Assembly: GCF_963921235.1 (NCBI RefSeq) | Contig: NC_086097.1 | Coordinates: forward strand, 112,594,001-112,658,000 | Length of the DNA: 64,000 nucleotides | Reading direction: 5' to 3' | Origin: Mobula hypostoma | Lineage: Eukaryota | Notes under the pieces: generated by a model | Databases searched by the model: none | Seen by the model: the letters and a program-made list of their open reading frames with translations, nothing else | Told to the model about the DNA's origin: nothing | Position numbers and translations under genes: made by a program | Part shown: one piece after another, positions 51,136 through 63,054 of the stretch | How positions within the stretch are numbered: the stretch's first letter is position 1 | Layout of the letters: the number at the start of each line of letters is the position of its first letter

Positions 51136-52959
51136 TCTGAAATGCAGGTATTACATGGGAATGTGACCATAGGAAGAGGGTGGTAGAACAGACTAGGGAG
51201 TTACAGCAGGAACAGTCGCTTTAAAAGGCTAGAAGGGGAAGCGAGGGGAGATGTGTCTTGTTGTGAATAAGCTAAAACTGAGCCACACAGAATCTGTAAC
51301 CAGGAAACATAAGAGTCTTTGTTCACACAGCAAACCTTCAGGAGACAGAGAAAGTCCAGGAGAAGCCAAGAGAAACTCACTCTCCTGACACAATGTTTTA
51401 GAATTCTCCAACACAAAGATAACAATAAAGTATGAATTGTTGTAATTGCCTACTCAACTTTAACATTTTGAATATAGTCAGGTAAATTTACACAATTACA
51501 TATTTACAATGGCAACACATCCTAAAAACTGCTTTGAATATTCAGTACTAGTGCCACTTCCAAAAGCGTCTGAGTACAAACTCCAGGTACAGAAAGTATA
51601 TCCCTGTTGTTACAGTGTCAAAGGATGGCTCCATGAATATACAACTAACCAGAAGGTTAAATGACAAAACAGATTTGGCCTCATCTGTGCCTTAAGGGGC
51701 AGGGATGCAGTGGTAATAGCAGGAAACTCCATCTATTGCTTTTCTCTATATAGTTTCAACGGGACAGTATCAGAATGTCCCACACCCAGTGATCAGTTTC
51801 AGTAGCCACAAGTATCAGTTGGAAGTTAAATTGTATATGGGTTTTATTTCTTGAAGACAGGTTCTCATTTTAGTTAATCATCAAGCATGTATCATGAACA
51901 TTTTCGTGGTATGCAGGATCTTCTGAAGAAAATTAACCAGCACATTCTCACCTCTCAAAGTGAACTAGAAATGGTCTTTACATAGATGTTGACCTCACAA
52001 GGAATGGTCAAATCTCAAGAAAGTATTAAGAAACAACTCCAGGTTTAACCAATATTCAGCTGAGTTCCCTTTTATGCCTTAGCATGCCCACTTTCCTGGT
52101 GGCATCTTTCAGACCTAATCCACTCGGCCTGAGAGGTTTTTTAAAGATATTTATGTCGAAGAGAAAAATTGTATTCAAAATTCTGTTTCAAATATAAGTC
52201 CAATACATAAAAAACTTGAATTTTTTTTGCAAGACTACAGTACAAAGGACAAATCAAAACAAAATCTTAAAGATGAGGCACACTAAGTTCTTCTAATCAT
52301 GCAGCCTTCCTTGTTCCTGTGATATAGAAAGAACAAATTTAATAATAATTGTCAAACTGTGTTTGACAATCATCTGAATACCCAGTATCAAGGCTGAGCC
52401 TTGGGGAAACGAAGGTGTAAATGCTGCTGAAGAACTTCAGCTCACAAATGGGTGAGTTCAAATTCTAATTCTCGTATAATTTTAGATCTGTACAGAATCT
52501 AATTAAGTCCTTTTCCTGAATTCTGTATTTTCTCTATGCCCGTTGCCAATCAAATCTCCTTTTACACAGGAACATAGAAAATCACTTTATTATTGAAGTT
52601 TTATTGATTCCCTGTTAGCATTATCTATCCTTAAATGATATATTGCTCTGTGAATGAACTAAGTCATTAAAAAATACTAGTGCCCAAGAGACATATCATC
52701 ACATTGAGAAGCAAATTTTCAAGAGTGATCTCCCAAATGTACTAATTTGAATAAATTCGATCACATCAAGGAGTTCCTAAACTGGGATATATCAAAGATG
52801 AAAGATATTGGACAGGATTCTCTCTCCTAGCCCGTATTCAGTCTTAACTAATATAGAATAGATGTTTTGAATTCATTTAAGTCCAGATACCATCTCTTGT
52901 GTGATTACTTTTAGAGATAAATTTACTTCTTCAATGCTTATATCCTCTTAAACAGTAAC

Positions 52960-53835
52960 CATGATACAGCAGTTGGGATGATATGTTGAAGTTGCATAAG
53001 ATGTTGGTGAGACTAAATTTGCAGTATTGTGTGCAGTTTTAGTCACCTACTTACAGGAAAGATATCAATAAGCTTGAAGGAATACAGAGAAAATTTATAC
53101 AGGTGTTGCTGTGACTTGAGGATCTGAGTTATCGGGATAGGTTGAATAGGTTAGGACTTTAACCCTTGGAGTACCAGAAGAATGAGGGAGATCTTACAGA
53201 AATATACACAATTATAAGGATTATAGATAAGGATGAATGCATGCAGGTTTTTATTCTTCTCAAATTGGGAGAGACTACAACTACAGGTTATAGGTTCAGG
53301 ATATATGTCTAGGATACAAAAGTGCTGGTTGTTGAACTGTAGTTTGATGGACTCTGGATCAATAGATTCTTTGGTGCTTCTGCTGTGGCTTGCATGGTCT
53401 GGGGGTTGGGGGGGGTCAATGCTTTGCTGCTGCTTGTGCAAAGGGAGGGGAAGCGGTGGTGGGGGGCTTCAGGGCTTTAATATTGTTCCATGGGGTTTCT
53501 TTGTTTTGTAGATGTCTGTGAAGACAATGAATTTCAGGTTGTATACCGTATACGTACTCTGATATTAAATGTACTTTGAAACTTTGAAGATGAAAGGTGA
53601 CATATTTTAGAGGAATCTGAGGAGGAATTTCTTTAATCGGGGTTGGTGCAAGTGTGGAATGTGCTGCCAACAGAAGTTCTAGATACAAAGTTCAATTGTA
53701 ACATTTGAGAGACATTTTGGATGGCTACACGAATGAGAGAAGTATGGATGGCTATGATCTGGATGCAGGCGGAAGACCAGACCATTATGGACTAGATCGG
53801 CTGAAGGACCTATTTTTGTGCTGTAGTGGTCTATG
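52960..53835 (+). mobile_element. CR1 LINE 3' fragment interrupted by another repeat (~53300-53590)
   Basis: LVRLNLQYCVQF.SPTYRKDINKLE. Confidence 0.8.
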
Positions 53836-54644
53836 GCTTTATACCGTACAGATACTTGCATTGCCTGATTTGAACTCTACTGCAGAAAGTGGGGAAAGAG
53901 TTGTGAAAAAATAGAAAAATAATAAATATGTTTGGAACTCCAATCAAAAATGAATTACAGCTCCTCACTTAAACAAGAATGGGCTGTACATGGATCTAAA
54001 TCATACTTAGAGTGGGGATGTAATGGGTTGCTTTTTTCATCATTTTCTCTTTACTGTAAATCTACTCCAAATGTGGATGAGGAATTTAGGCAAGGCCAGC
54101 AAACCAGTTTATTTTCTCAACCTGCTGACAGGGTGTAATAAGGTTTGTGTGAATCAGCACCATTCAGGGAGCCAGACATCAGTAGGGAAATAACTTGTCA
54201 GCATAATCTCTCCTGATCCACCTCAGTCCCCAAGCTTCTAAGTGGATTTCTGCAGATATGAATGCACGAGTAATTACTTCAATAGATTACAATATATTAT
54301 GTTGCTGTCAGAGTTATGCTTACATATGGACCAAATCAAAGCTCGATCAGAATTTAATTGTTTTAAAAAATGTCAGTTGGCTAATTTTTGTGTTTATACA
54401 GCTATTGTTTTTGGAGCTAGTTACAACTTTTAAAACCTAAATTTGTCTGCATCAAGCCGAGTAACCATATTAGGGAAAGGATATTTGGTGTCTTGTTTCG
54501 TGTGTCCATTATTAGTATAAAACGTGCCTTTACAAGTACTTGAACTTCAGAATGTTTTAAAACTCTCAGAATGTATGGATATTGAATGATTTCCCCTCCC
54601 CTCCAAAAAACAATAAAACTAACCTATAAGGGTTCTAAAATGAA

Positions 54645-54920
54645 GGCGGCATGGTAACATGGTGGTTAGCATGACACTTTATAGTACAGCTGACACAAGT
54701 ACAATTCCAACCACTGCATGTAAAGAGCTTGTACGTTCTCCCCATGACCCTGTGGGTTTCCTCCAGGTGCTCTGGTTTCATCCCACAATCCAAAGACGTA
54801 CCGTTTGGTAGGTTAGTTGGTCATTGTAAATTGACCCGTGACGAAATCAGGAGATGGCTGGGTGCCACGGCTCGAGGAGCCAGAATGGCCTATTCTGTGT
54901 ACCCCAGTAAATAAATAAAT
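54645..54920 (+). mobile_element. V-SINE-like element
   Basis: tRNA-like head, GTGGGTTTCCTCCAGGTGCTCTGGTTTC core, (TAAA)n tail. Confidence 0.8.
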
Positions 54921-55117
54921 GAAATTCCTGATTCCACTATTTCATTGTAAAGTAATTAGTAGGAGAACTTCTTAACATTGTAGAGACACTAATAAGTTAA
55001 CGTTTCCTGTTGTAATGTTAGGAGCTGCATGAACTCAATTCTTTTCCTAGATGGAGAAAATGGAGGAAAGATATTGGAGAATTCTCTCATTGCTTTGCGT
55101 CACAATGGGGGGGGGGA

Positions 55118-55702
55118 GTCGGCATGGCAGCATAGTGGTGAGTGTGATTCTACTGCACTGCCATCCATCCTCAGTTGGGATTCACTCCCCATTGTATCTG
55201 TAGGGAGTTTGGGGAGGCACACTAGCATAGTGGTTAGCACAATGCTTTACAAAACCAGTGACCCGGGCTCACTCCCCACCGCTGTCTGCAAGGAGTTTGC
55301 ATTTTCTACCTGTGATTGTGTGGGTATCTTCTGGGTATTCCGGTTTCCTCCCACAGTCCAAAGACATACTGGTTGATAGGTTAATTGGTCATTGTAAATT
55401 GCCATGTGATTAGGCTAGGATTAAATTGGCGGATTACATGGCTCAAAGCGCAAGAAGGGCCTATTCCACACTATATCTCAATAAATACATTTTTAAAATG
55501 GATGTTCTCCCTGTAACAGCATGGGTTTTCTCCAGGTGAGGGTTAGTGAGTGGTGGGCACTCTATGTTGGTGCCAGAAGCATAGCAACACTTGCGGGCTA
55601 GTCCCTGACACAATCAGCACTGATTTCATTTGACACAAAGGTTGCATTTCACAGCATGGCTCAATGTTTCGATATACATGTGACAAATAAAGTTAATCTT
55701 TA
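55118..55702 (+). mobile_element. Nested SINEs (inner copy ~55213-55490)
   Basis: Two heads, two cores, two different tails. Confidence 0.7.
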
Positions 55703-55858
55703 AAATCACTTAGCCGGAAAGTGGAGGGGTGGTATAGGTATCATGATAATATTTTAAGCTGGTGCTTCTAGCAAGGGGTAGGGCTGATGGAAGTGTATCT
55801 TTGGCCAGATGTGTGGTACACATGGGTGCTGACTCTCGTTGGACATGTAAAGTTAGGT

Positions 55859-55939
55859 CAGGGGTTCCCAACTTTTTTTTATGCCATGGACCAATAGCAT
55901 TAGGCAAAGGGTTTGTGGGCCCCAGGTTGGGAACCTCTG
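55859..55939. mobile_element. hAT MITE, inverted relative to 24043
   Basis: CAGGGGTTCCCAAC / GTTGGGAACCTCTG; flanks AGTTAGGT / GTTTAGGT. Confidence 0.85.
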
Positions 55940-56034
55940 GTTTAGGTAAATTAATATCAATATCAATAGTGGGTGGCAGATATCAACATGAGAGAAATAA
56001 ACTAAAGAAGAATAATCAAAATGTATTGATTTAG

Positions 56035-56335
56035 TTATTTACTTACTGAGATAGAGCGCAGAATATGCCCTTCTGGTCCTTCGAGCCCTTCGAACCACCC
56101 TGCCCAGAGATCCCCCATCTCAATCCTCACCTCATCATGCGACAATTTACCAGGAGTGATTAACCTACCAGTCGGTATGTCTTTGAACTGGGTGAGGAAA
56201 CCGGAGCACCCAGAGGAAACCCATGCGATCACAGGGAGAACGTACAAACTTCATGTAGGCAGAAGCGGGGATTGAATCCCGGTCACCTGTACTGTAACAG
56301 TACTGCGAGCTAACTACGATGCTAACGTGGTGATA
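56035..56335 (-). mobile_element. V-SINE-like element
   Basis: GAGGAAACCGGAGCACCCAGAGGAAACCCATGCG core; GGGATTGAATCCC. Confidence 0.8.
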
Positions 56336-56370
56336 TTGGCATAATCTAAAATGCACCAGAACATTCTAAG

Positions 56371-56402
56371 CACAAGAGATTCTGCAGATGTTCGAAATCT
56401 TC

Positions 56403-56440
<38 letters not shown>

Positions 56441-56607
56441 AAATGTTGAATTCATCAAATCAGGCAGCATCTATGGAAAGGAGCAAACACTCAATGTTTT
56501 AGATCAAGATCATTCATCAGGACTTCTTGGCTTGAAATGACAACTGTTTCTTCCTTTCCATAGATGATGCCTGACCTGCTGAGTTCCTTCAGCACTTTAT
56601 GTGTGTA
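56371..56607. mobile_element. Penelope-type hairpin insert containing an expanded (CA)n microsatellite (~56406-56436)
   Basis: Arms CAGGCAGCATCTATGGAAAGGA / TCCTTTCCATAGATGATGCCTG; GAACATTCT on both flanks. Confidence 0.75.
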
Positions 56608-57116
56608 CCCCGAACATTCTCCCAGCCTTCTAATGTCCTTTCATGGCAAGATGGCCAGTGGAATCTATGGAAAATGATGATTTACAGTACATTTTAACTT
56701 TTAGAATTTGATCAACTACTCTGAAGCTGCAGCAGGTGATTGGAATATCCATTGTGAAATCTACAGACCACAATCTCAAAGGGTAATCCAATAAATCCTC
56801 AATCTTGTTGTAATTATGAGGTTTGATTCCACAATGACTACTTCCACCAGACTTATTCTAGATGGTATAGATTATGTTTGCATTTGTTTATCTGTTAGGT
56901 TATTTCACTTGTACTTTTCAAAAGAAATATTATTTAATTAATAATTTTGTGGACTGGAATCTATTTCATATTCAAATAACATATAAAATATCATATACTT
57001 CTTTAGAGAGAAAACATTTTCTTAAATGAGACATCATCCCATGACAACGCTTGAAGCTCATTTAAGAAATGATTTTATACAGCTAACAATGCATATTTTA
57101 GTAGGCCAACTATATA

Positions 57117-58736
57117 CAGTGGCATGTAAAAGTTTGAGCACCCCTGGTCAAAATTTCTGTTACTGTGAATAACTAAGCAAGTAAAAGATGACCTGATTTC
57201 CAAGAGGCATAAAGTTAAAGATCACACATTTCTTTAGTATTTTAAGCAAGATTACTTTTTTATTTCCATCTCTTACAGTTTCAAGATAGCAAAAAAGGAA
57301 AGGGGCTCGAAGCAAATGTTTGGGCACCCTGCATGGTCAGTACTTAGTAACGCTCACTTTGGCAAGTCTCACAGCTTGTAAATGCTTTTTGTAGCCAACT
57401 AAGAGTCTTTCAATTCTTGTTTAGGGGGTTTTTGCCTATTCTTTCTTGCAAAAGGCTTCTAATTCTGTGAGATTCTTGGGCCGTCTTGCATGCACTGCTC
57501 TTTTGAGATCTATCCACAGGTTTTCGAAGATGTCTAGGTCGGGAGACTGTGAGGGCCATGGCAAAACCTTCAGCCTGCACCTCTTAAGGTAGTCCATTGT
57601 GGATTTTGAGGTGTGTTTAGGATCATTATCCTGTTGTAGAAGCCATCCCATTTTCATCTTCAGCTTTTTTACAGACAGTATGAAGTTTGCTTCCAGAATT
57701 TGCTGGTATTTAATTGAAATCATTCTTCCCTCTACCAGTGAACTGTTCCCCATGTTACTGGCTGAAACACAAGCCCAAAGCATGATCGATCCACGCCTGT
57801 GCTAAACAGTTGGAGAGGTGTATTTTTCATGAAATTCTGCACCCTTTTTACTCCAAACATACCTTTGCTCATTGTGGTCAAAAAGTTCTATTTTAACTTC
57901 ATCAGTCCACAGGACTTGTTTCCAAAATGCATCAGGCTTGTTTAGATGTTCCTTTGCAAACTTCTGACACTGAATTTTGTGGTGAGGACGCAGGAAAGGT
58001 GTTCTTCTGATGACTCTTCCATGAAGGTCATATTTGTGCAGGTGTCACTGTACAGTAGAACAGTGCACCATCACTCCAGAGTCTGCTAAATCTTCCCGAA
58101 GGTCTTTTGCAGTCAAATGGGGGTCTTGATTTGCCTTTCTAGCAATCCTATGAGCAGTTCTCTTGGAAAGTTTTCTTTGTCTTCCAGACCTCAACTTGAC
58201 CTCTACCGTTCCTGTTAACTGCCATTTCTTAATTACGTCATGAACTGGGGAAACAGCTACCTGAAAATGATTTGCTATCTTCTTATAGCCTTCCTTCTCC
58301 TGCTTTGTGGGCATAATTTATTTTAATTTTCAGAGTGCTTGGCAGCTACTTAGAAGAGCCCATGTCTGCTGATTGTTGGGACAAGGTTTGAGGAGTCAGG
58401 GTATTTATAAAGCTTTGAAATTTGCATCATCTGGCCTTTCCTAACGATGACTGTGAACAAGCCATAGCCCTAACAAGCTATTTAAGGTCAGAGACCTTGG
58501 TAAAAGTTATCTGAGAGCTCAATTCTCTTGGGGTGCCCAATCTTTTGCATGGTGCTTCTTTCCTTTTTTTCACTCTAAAATTGTACAAAACAAAAATAAT
58601 ACACTAATCTTACTTAAAATATTGAAAAGAATGTTTCATCTTTAACTTCATGACTTTTGGAGATCAGTTCATCTTCTACTCACTTAACAGTAACAGAAAT
58701 TTTGACCAGGGGTTCCCAGACTTTTGCATGCCACTG
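57117..58736 (-). mobile_element. Full-length Tc1/mariner DNA transposon, IR/DR type, 1620 bp
   Basis: TA TSDs at 57115-57116 and 58737-58738; ~210-bp imperfect TIRs beginning CAGTGGCATG.AAAAGT, each with an inner direct repeat (~57312-57329, ~58531-58550). Confidence 0.95.
57337..58363 (-). pseudogene. DD34E Tc1 transposase pseudogene
   Basis: ATG at 58363 to TGA at 57337; LWTDEVKIELF, QQDNDPKH and SPDLDIFENLW with 34 residues between D and E; several stops and a frameshift. Confidence 0.92.
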
Positions 58737-59014
58737 TATTATATCACAGATACCCCAAAGGAAAGTAAACCAGTCACTCACCAACAGTTGCACCTTTGAA
58801 GTTAGATTTAGGAAATGCTCCATCATTTAAGTAAAATCGAATATACTTCTTGAATTTGTTAAAATCAAGGAAGATGCATGCAGTGAATACATGGTTCATA
58901 TTAATCTGTTTGGTTAAAGGCTTTGTGTAAATTCTTTAAATGAAAGACTTTATTTACATGTCGAAGTATATAATAAAAGCTCAAGATAGCCACTTATCTT
59001 AGCATATTACTCAC

Positions 59015-59134
59015 TTTTAGACCCAGGAGTGCTCCAGAATCTCTAGGCACAGTGCCATCTTTTAATCGTTTGTTTAACAATATCCGACCAATTAGGCGCT
59101 CTCCATCTTTGGACGGTTGCCATGTCACTGGATG
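59015..59134 (-). CDS. RIMS2: RIMS2 exon (120 nt): HPVTWQPSKDGERLIGRILLNKRLKDGTVPRDSGALLGLK, start of PDZ
   Basis: tcgtag|CATCCA...CTAAAA|gtgagt; phase 0/0. Confidence 0.96.
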
Positions 59135-59984
59135 CTACGAGGTCAAAGCAATAAACACACAGGTCTTTAGTATTTATCTTTTAAGTGTGCCACAGTATTT
59201 CTTTAATACGATGTTTCCATTCAACAAAGAATACATTGCAATTACACAAACATTTATATTTTTGGTTTCCAATTGGAATTTGGAGTATCTTAATGCTCTT
59301 GAGGAGAGTAGTTACACTCTGAAACATTATGTGCTTGAAAGTTTGTGTAATTACAGGAATTTATTGCTTCAGTGCATGCTCCATGCAAATAAAAAAAGCA
59401 AGCAAGGGCAAGGGTGCTGAATAATGCCACCCACATTAGAAGCTATCACCACTATCAACAACTATTGCCACGATAACCATGTTTAAGCAAGTACCAAGCA
59501 GACAGCAGAACAGATTCTAATACACACCTACCAAAATGCCACTGCACCAAATAAAGTTCACAATGAAAGTGGAAGGGAAAAAAGAAAAACACAGTTCTGT
59601 GCCAAAACAGATTCAACTTTTCCTCACAGTCTGATTTAAAAATCTTCATTATGTTAAAGGGGACATTTTAAACTGATGTTCAATTATTTAGCAAATTTGG
59701 GAAATTTCAAGAACATATTATTATTGATGAACAACACAAAATGTTTCTAAATTTCTACCATGCAACTGTGCAACTGAACATTCCTATGCATCTTGAAAAT
59801 AAAGTACTTAATTTTGCTGCCAGACAGCAAACAATAAAGCAAGCAGTTGTTTTTTTTCTCTTTCATCTGCATTTACACAGATGTGTATTTACCACTGGAA
59901 AGACCCTGTCCTTTTACAATGAGTGACAGATAGCAAACAAAGACCAAATGAGCAGGTAGAATGCAGGCTATACAGACTTAGTAC

Positions 59985-60193
59985 CTTCTCGCTATGGCTA
60001 TGTTCTTCATTTAGTGTTGTGCTACTGCATGTATCTACCCCAGAGTCTTTAATCTGAGGCTCGGCCCATTCCAAGTCCTCTTCCAATGAGTGGCCGCCAA
60101 ATCGCACCATTTTCTTTTGCCTCTCAGACAAGGCGTTAGAGTCCGACAATACTGCCTGCTCACTAGTTTTTCTTTTTCCCCTTTGACTGTTCC
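59985..60193 (-). CDS. RIMS2: RIMS2 alternative exon B (209 nt): (G)NSQRGKRKTSEQAVLSDSN...TLNEEHSHSEK
   Basis: cctgtag|GGAACAGT...GAGAAG|gtacta; phase 1 start, phase 0 end; lies within ORF 59889..60203; RIM2-type sequence. Confidence 0.93.
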
Positions 60194-60299
60194 CTACAGG
60201 CATGGGATAAAAAAAAGAAAAGAAACATGCAAAGGCGTAAATAAAACAAAGGAAGTGAAATGAAAAGGAAACTGAATGTTAAGGCTCCACATGTCTCAC

Positions 60300-60367
60300 C
60301 AAAGACATTGGGGACGCCTCACTGCTATGCCAAGATGCATGGTCCAGCCAGTAGTAATCCACGTCCC
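60300..60367 (-). CDS. RIMS2: RIMS2 alternative exon A (68 nt): (G)DVDYYWLDHASWHSSEASPMSL
   Basis: ctcacag|GGGACGTG...TCTTTG|gtgaga; phase 1 start, phase 0 end; matches the short RIM1/RIM2 pre-PDZ exon. Confidence 0.92.
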
Positions 60368-62880
60368 CTGTGAGAATCAAACATATAAGAAAATGCACAG
60401 GAGGAAGGTACAGGAAAGGACAGAAACAGAAATTATAGACAACTGTATTAAATAGCAAAGAATTACTGTATATATGGGTGTTGTAAAAATATGTTTCTTG
60501 ACATAAAATCAATTTTAGAGTAATCAGTGCAGCTCCCAAATCTCAATGGCATGGCAGTCTAATCTTTTAATTGAATTTGAGAATAAATTCCTATGATTTC
60601 CTCATTTAATGGGCAACAAACCAGTTGTGGTCAAATGCCCAGGATGCTGCCAAAATTTCCAGGGTTTCAGTTTGAATCGTTAGTTTTTAACATAGCAGAT
60701 ACCCATATTCTGCTGGGTTTCAATTTTTTTCCCCTGATATTCACCAATAATTACATAGCAAATTTAGTAGCATGGGGTCATTGCTGCTGAATAGCACGTG
60801 ATGGACTTAATGGTAATAATGGGGACATTTTTTTTTGACTTTTTGACTTATGAACAGCTAATCACTAAAAAGGACAGGGAATATTATTAATCACATGGCA
60901 TTCTTCATAAATGGGAATCTTGAGAGAGAGATAGCCAAATGAAAACTTTTACCTCAAATTTTGTTGTAGTAGAAATAGTTACTAAACTCGGGCAAACATA
61001 TCAGAAATAATGATGTTTATATCCTTTAACATAAAATACGTGAAAAGAGGACAATGAACAAGAATACAAAGAAGACTGGTGAGTAGAAGGTCAGTCTGAA
61101 TATGCAACAACAACTTCACAGACAACATCGTTTATATACAGCAACATATATTTTATGGCAGACAGAAATCAGCATTTTATTAAACTCAGTTCCAAGTGAT
61201 TGTTAAATTTATCCTAATATTCCTATTTGCTTTAGAAGTTGTTTGATCAGCAAAAGAGGTAAAGCAAAGCAGTGTAGGCATAAATGTCCCCAGTGAGCTT
61301 ATATTTTGCATAGATAAACACTGATTTATGGATCTGGTGCACCTTAGTTGAAATTTCCTCCATTAGTAAATTCTCAAGCCATAGCAATTGACATTTCATC
61401 CACTTTAAATAATAACTTTAGAATTAGACACTTTGGCCCTTCAATATTATAGGTAGCATTCCATAATTATTAGTTGTCTGGTTCTGTTTTATAATCCAAA
61501 TAATGTACGAGAAGGCTGAAATACAAAGGACAGTCAATATCATTGACAGACAACATTTGAAATACTGTGGAACATTGGTAATATGAGACAACACTTCTAA
61601 GCCATGGGTGAAGTAGTCAAGTACACTACATTCAAATGAAATGAAGTTAGAACATTTGTCTCTTCAAAGGCAAAACTCTACTGTAGATATGGCTCATTCT
61701 CATCTCAGTCCAGCTCATGAAGCTGTATGGTAGCTGAAACTTACTTAAACCCCATTCCCCAGATTCAGGCCACAAAGTGCCTGAAGCAGCAGTGTGGAAA
61801 ATAAAAATAAATTTCTCATTATGCAACTGAAGAAGTTAAGTAGCATTTAGAATGGGCACTGAAGGATAACTAATTAAACACTGCCTCATGTGTCCCTGCC
61901 ATAAATCTCCCAGCTAATCTCTTATTCCTCATTGAATACCATAAAAATGTGAGGAGCTGTGATGGCCTATTGCCATCCATAGATGATGAAAGTGGAACAA
62001 TGCTCCTCGCAGTATACAGCCAATGCACCCAGGGCTCAAGGAAAATATTTAACTGAAGTAACCTTGATTGTTAAGGTAATCATCTCAAATTTTCAAAGCT
62101 ATGCATTAAAACCTGCCCTTCTACCCCCACCTCCAGACTTGTTCCCAAATGATAGTTGGAAGGAACTAACATTATGAATAGCTTTAACATAAAGCATTGA
62201 ACACACACATTTCCAACTCTCATGGGCATACAGGTGAATAACTAATGTCTAGCTCTGGTGAAGGATCTAATTTATCAGATTGCTTTTGTTTTGTTTCCTG
62301 TTTGGCAAGGATGATTTTCTCAACTCATTTGTGCTACTTTCTACAATGTCTTAGTTATGCACATTTACTCCTTGTTTTTATCTAAAGGAATACTGTAATG
62401 AAAAAAAAAAATTCGACATGCAACTTTGGGATCTCTGGACATAGTTTCCCATTGAAATGAGTAACAAGCATCATCAAATTAGTACTGTAATAATTTTATT
62501 TAATCAAATCTAAATTTTTGTGTTGGAAATCTAAAACAGCTCTGTTGTACCGTAACTGAGATGCAGTGTTTAAGCTCAGCCTCTTTTAATAAATCCTGAG
62601 GAAACATTAAAGAGCAAATTGAATTAAGCAATTGATCCAACTCCACTTTTAAGTCATCAGTGTAATTCCAAAAATGATATTAATTTCATTAAAAATAACT
62701 ATTCAATATACTCTTCAAATGTGTATATTCAATCAACTTTGAAGATAAATAGAATATATATAATCTACAAAAAAAACTGACCAAGGAACATCAAAGCCAT
62801 TCAGGTGTATTTTTGGTATGGAATGTATTTTTTCCCAAGTCTTGCAAAACAATCCATGTACAAAATAATCACATATATGA

Positions 62881-63054
62881 ACAACACACACCAAAGTTGC
62901 TGGTGAACGCAGCAGGCCAAGCAGCATCTGTAGGAAGAGGTGCAGTCGACGTTTCAGGCCGAGACCCTTCGTCAGCTGCTTGGCCTGCTGCGTTCACCAG
63001 CAACTTTGATGCGTGTTGCTTGAATTTCCAGCATCTGCAGAATTCCTGTTGTTT
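62881..63054 (-). mobile_element. Hairpin mini-retroelement, same subfamily as 38704, opposite orientation
   Basis: 44-bp arms 62882-62925 / 62975-63018; TSD ACATATATGA at 62871-62880 and 63055-63064; minus-strand core CTGACGA-A-GGGT CTCG GCCT-GAAAC-GTC. Confidence 0.9.

Larger units (their letters stand above)
4525..60367 (-). other. RIMS2: RIMS2 gene, internal portion (pre-PDZ linker, PDZ, start of C2A); the gene continues beyond both window ends
   Basis: Nine exons splice in frame to ...HPVTWQPSKDGERLIGRILLNKRLKDGTVPRDSGALLGLK-VVGGKMTESGRLCAFITKVKKGSLADTVGHLRAGDEVLEWNG...-IKLWYDKVGHQLIV... The segments SEQAVLSDSN, RILLNKRLKDG and SQSLSRRTAPFVPRVQ match RIM2 rather than RIM1 as I recall them. 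Confidence 0.95.
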
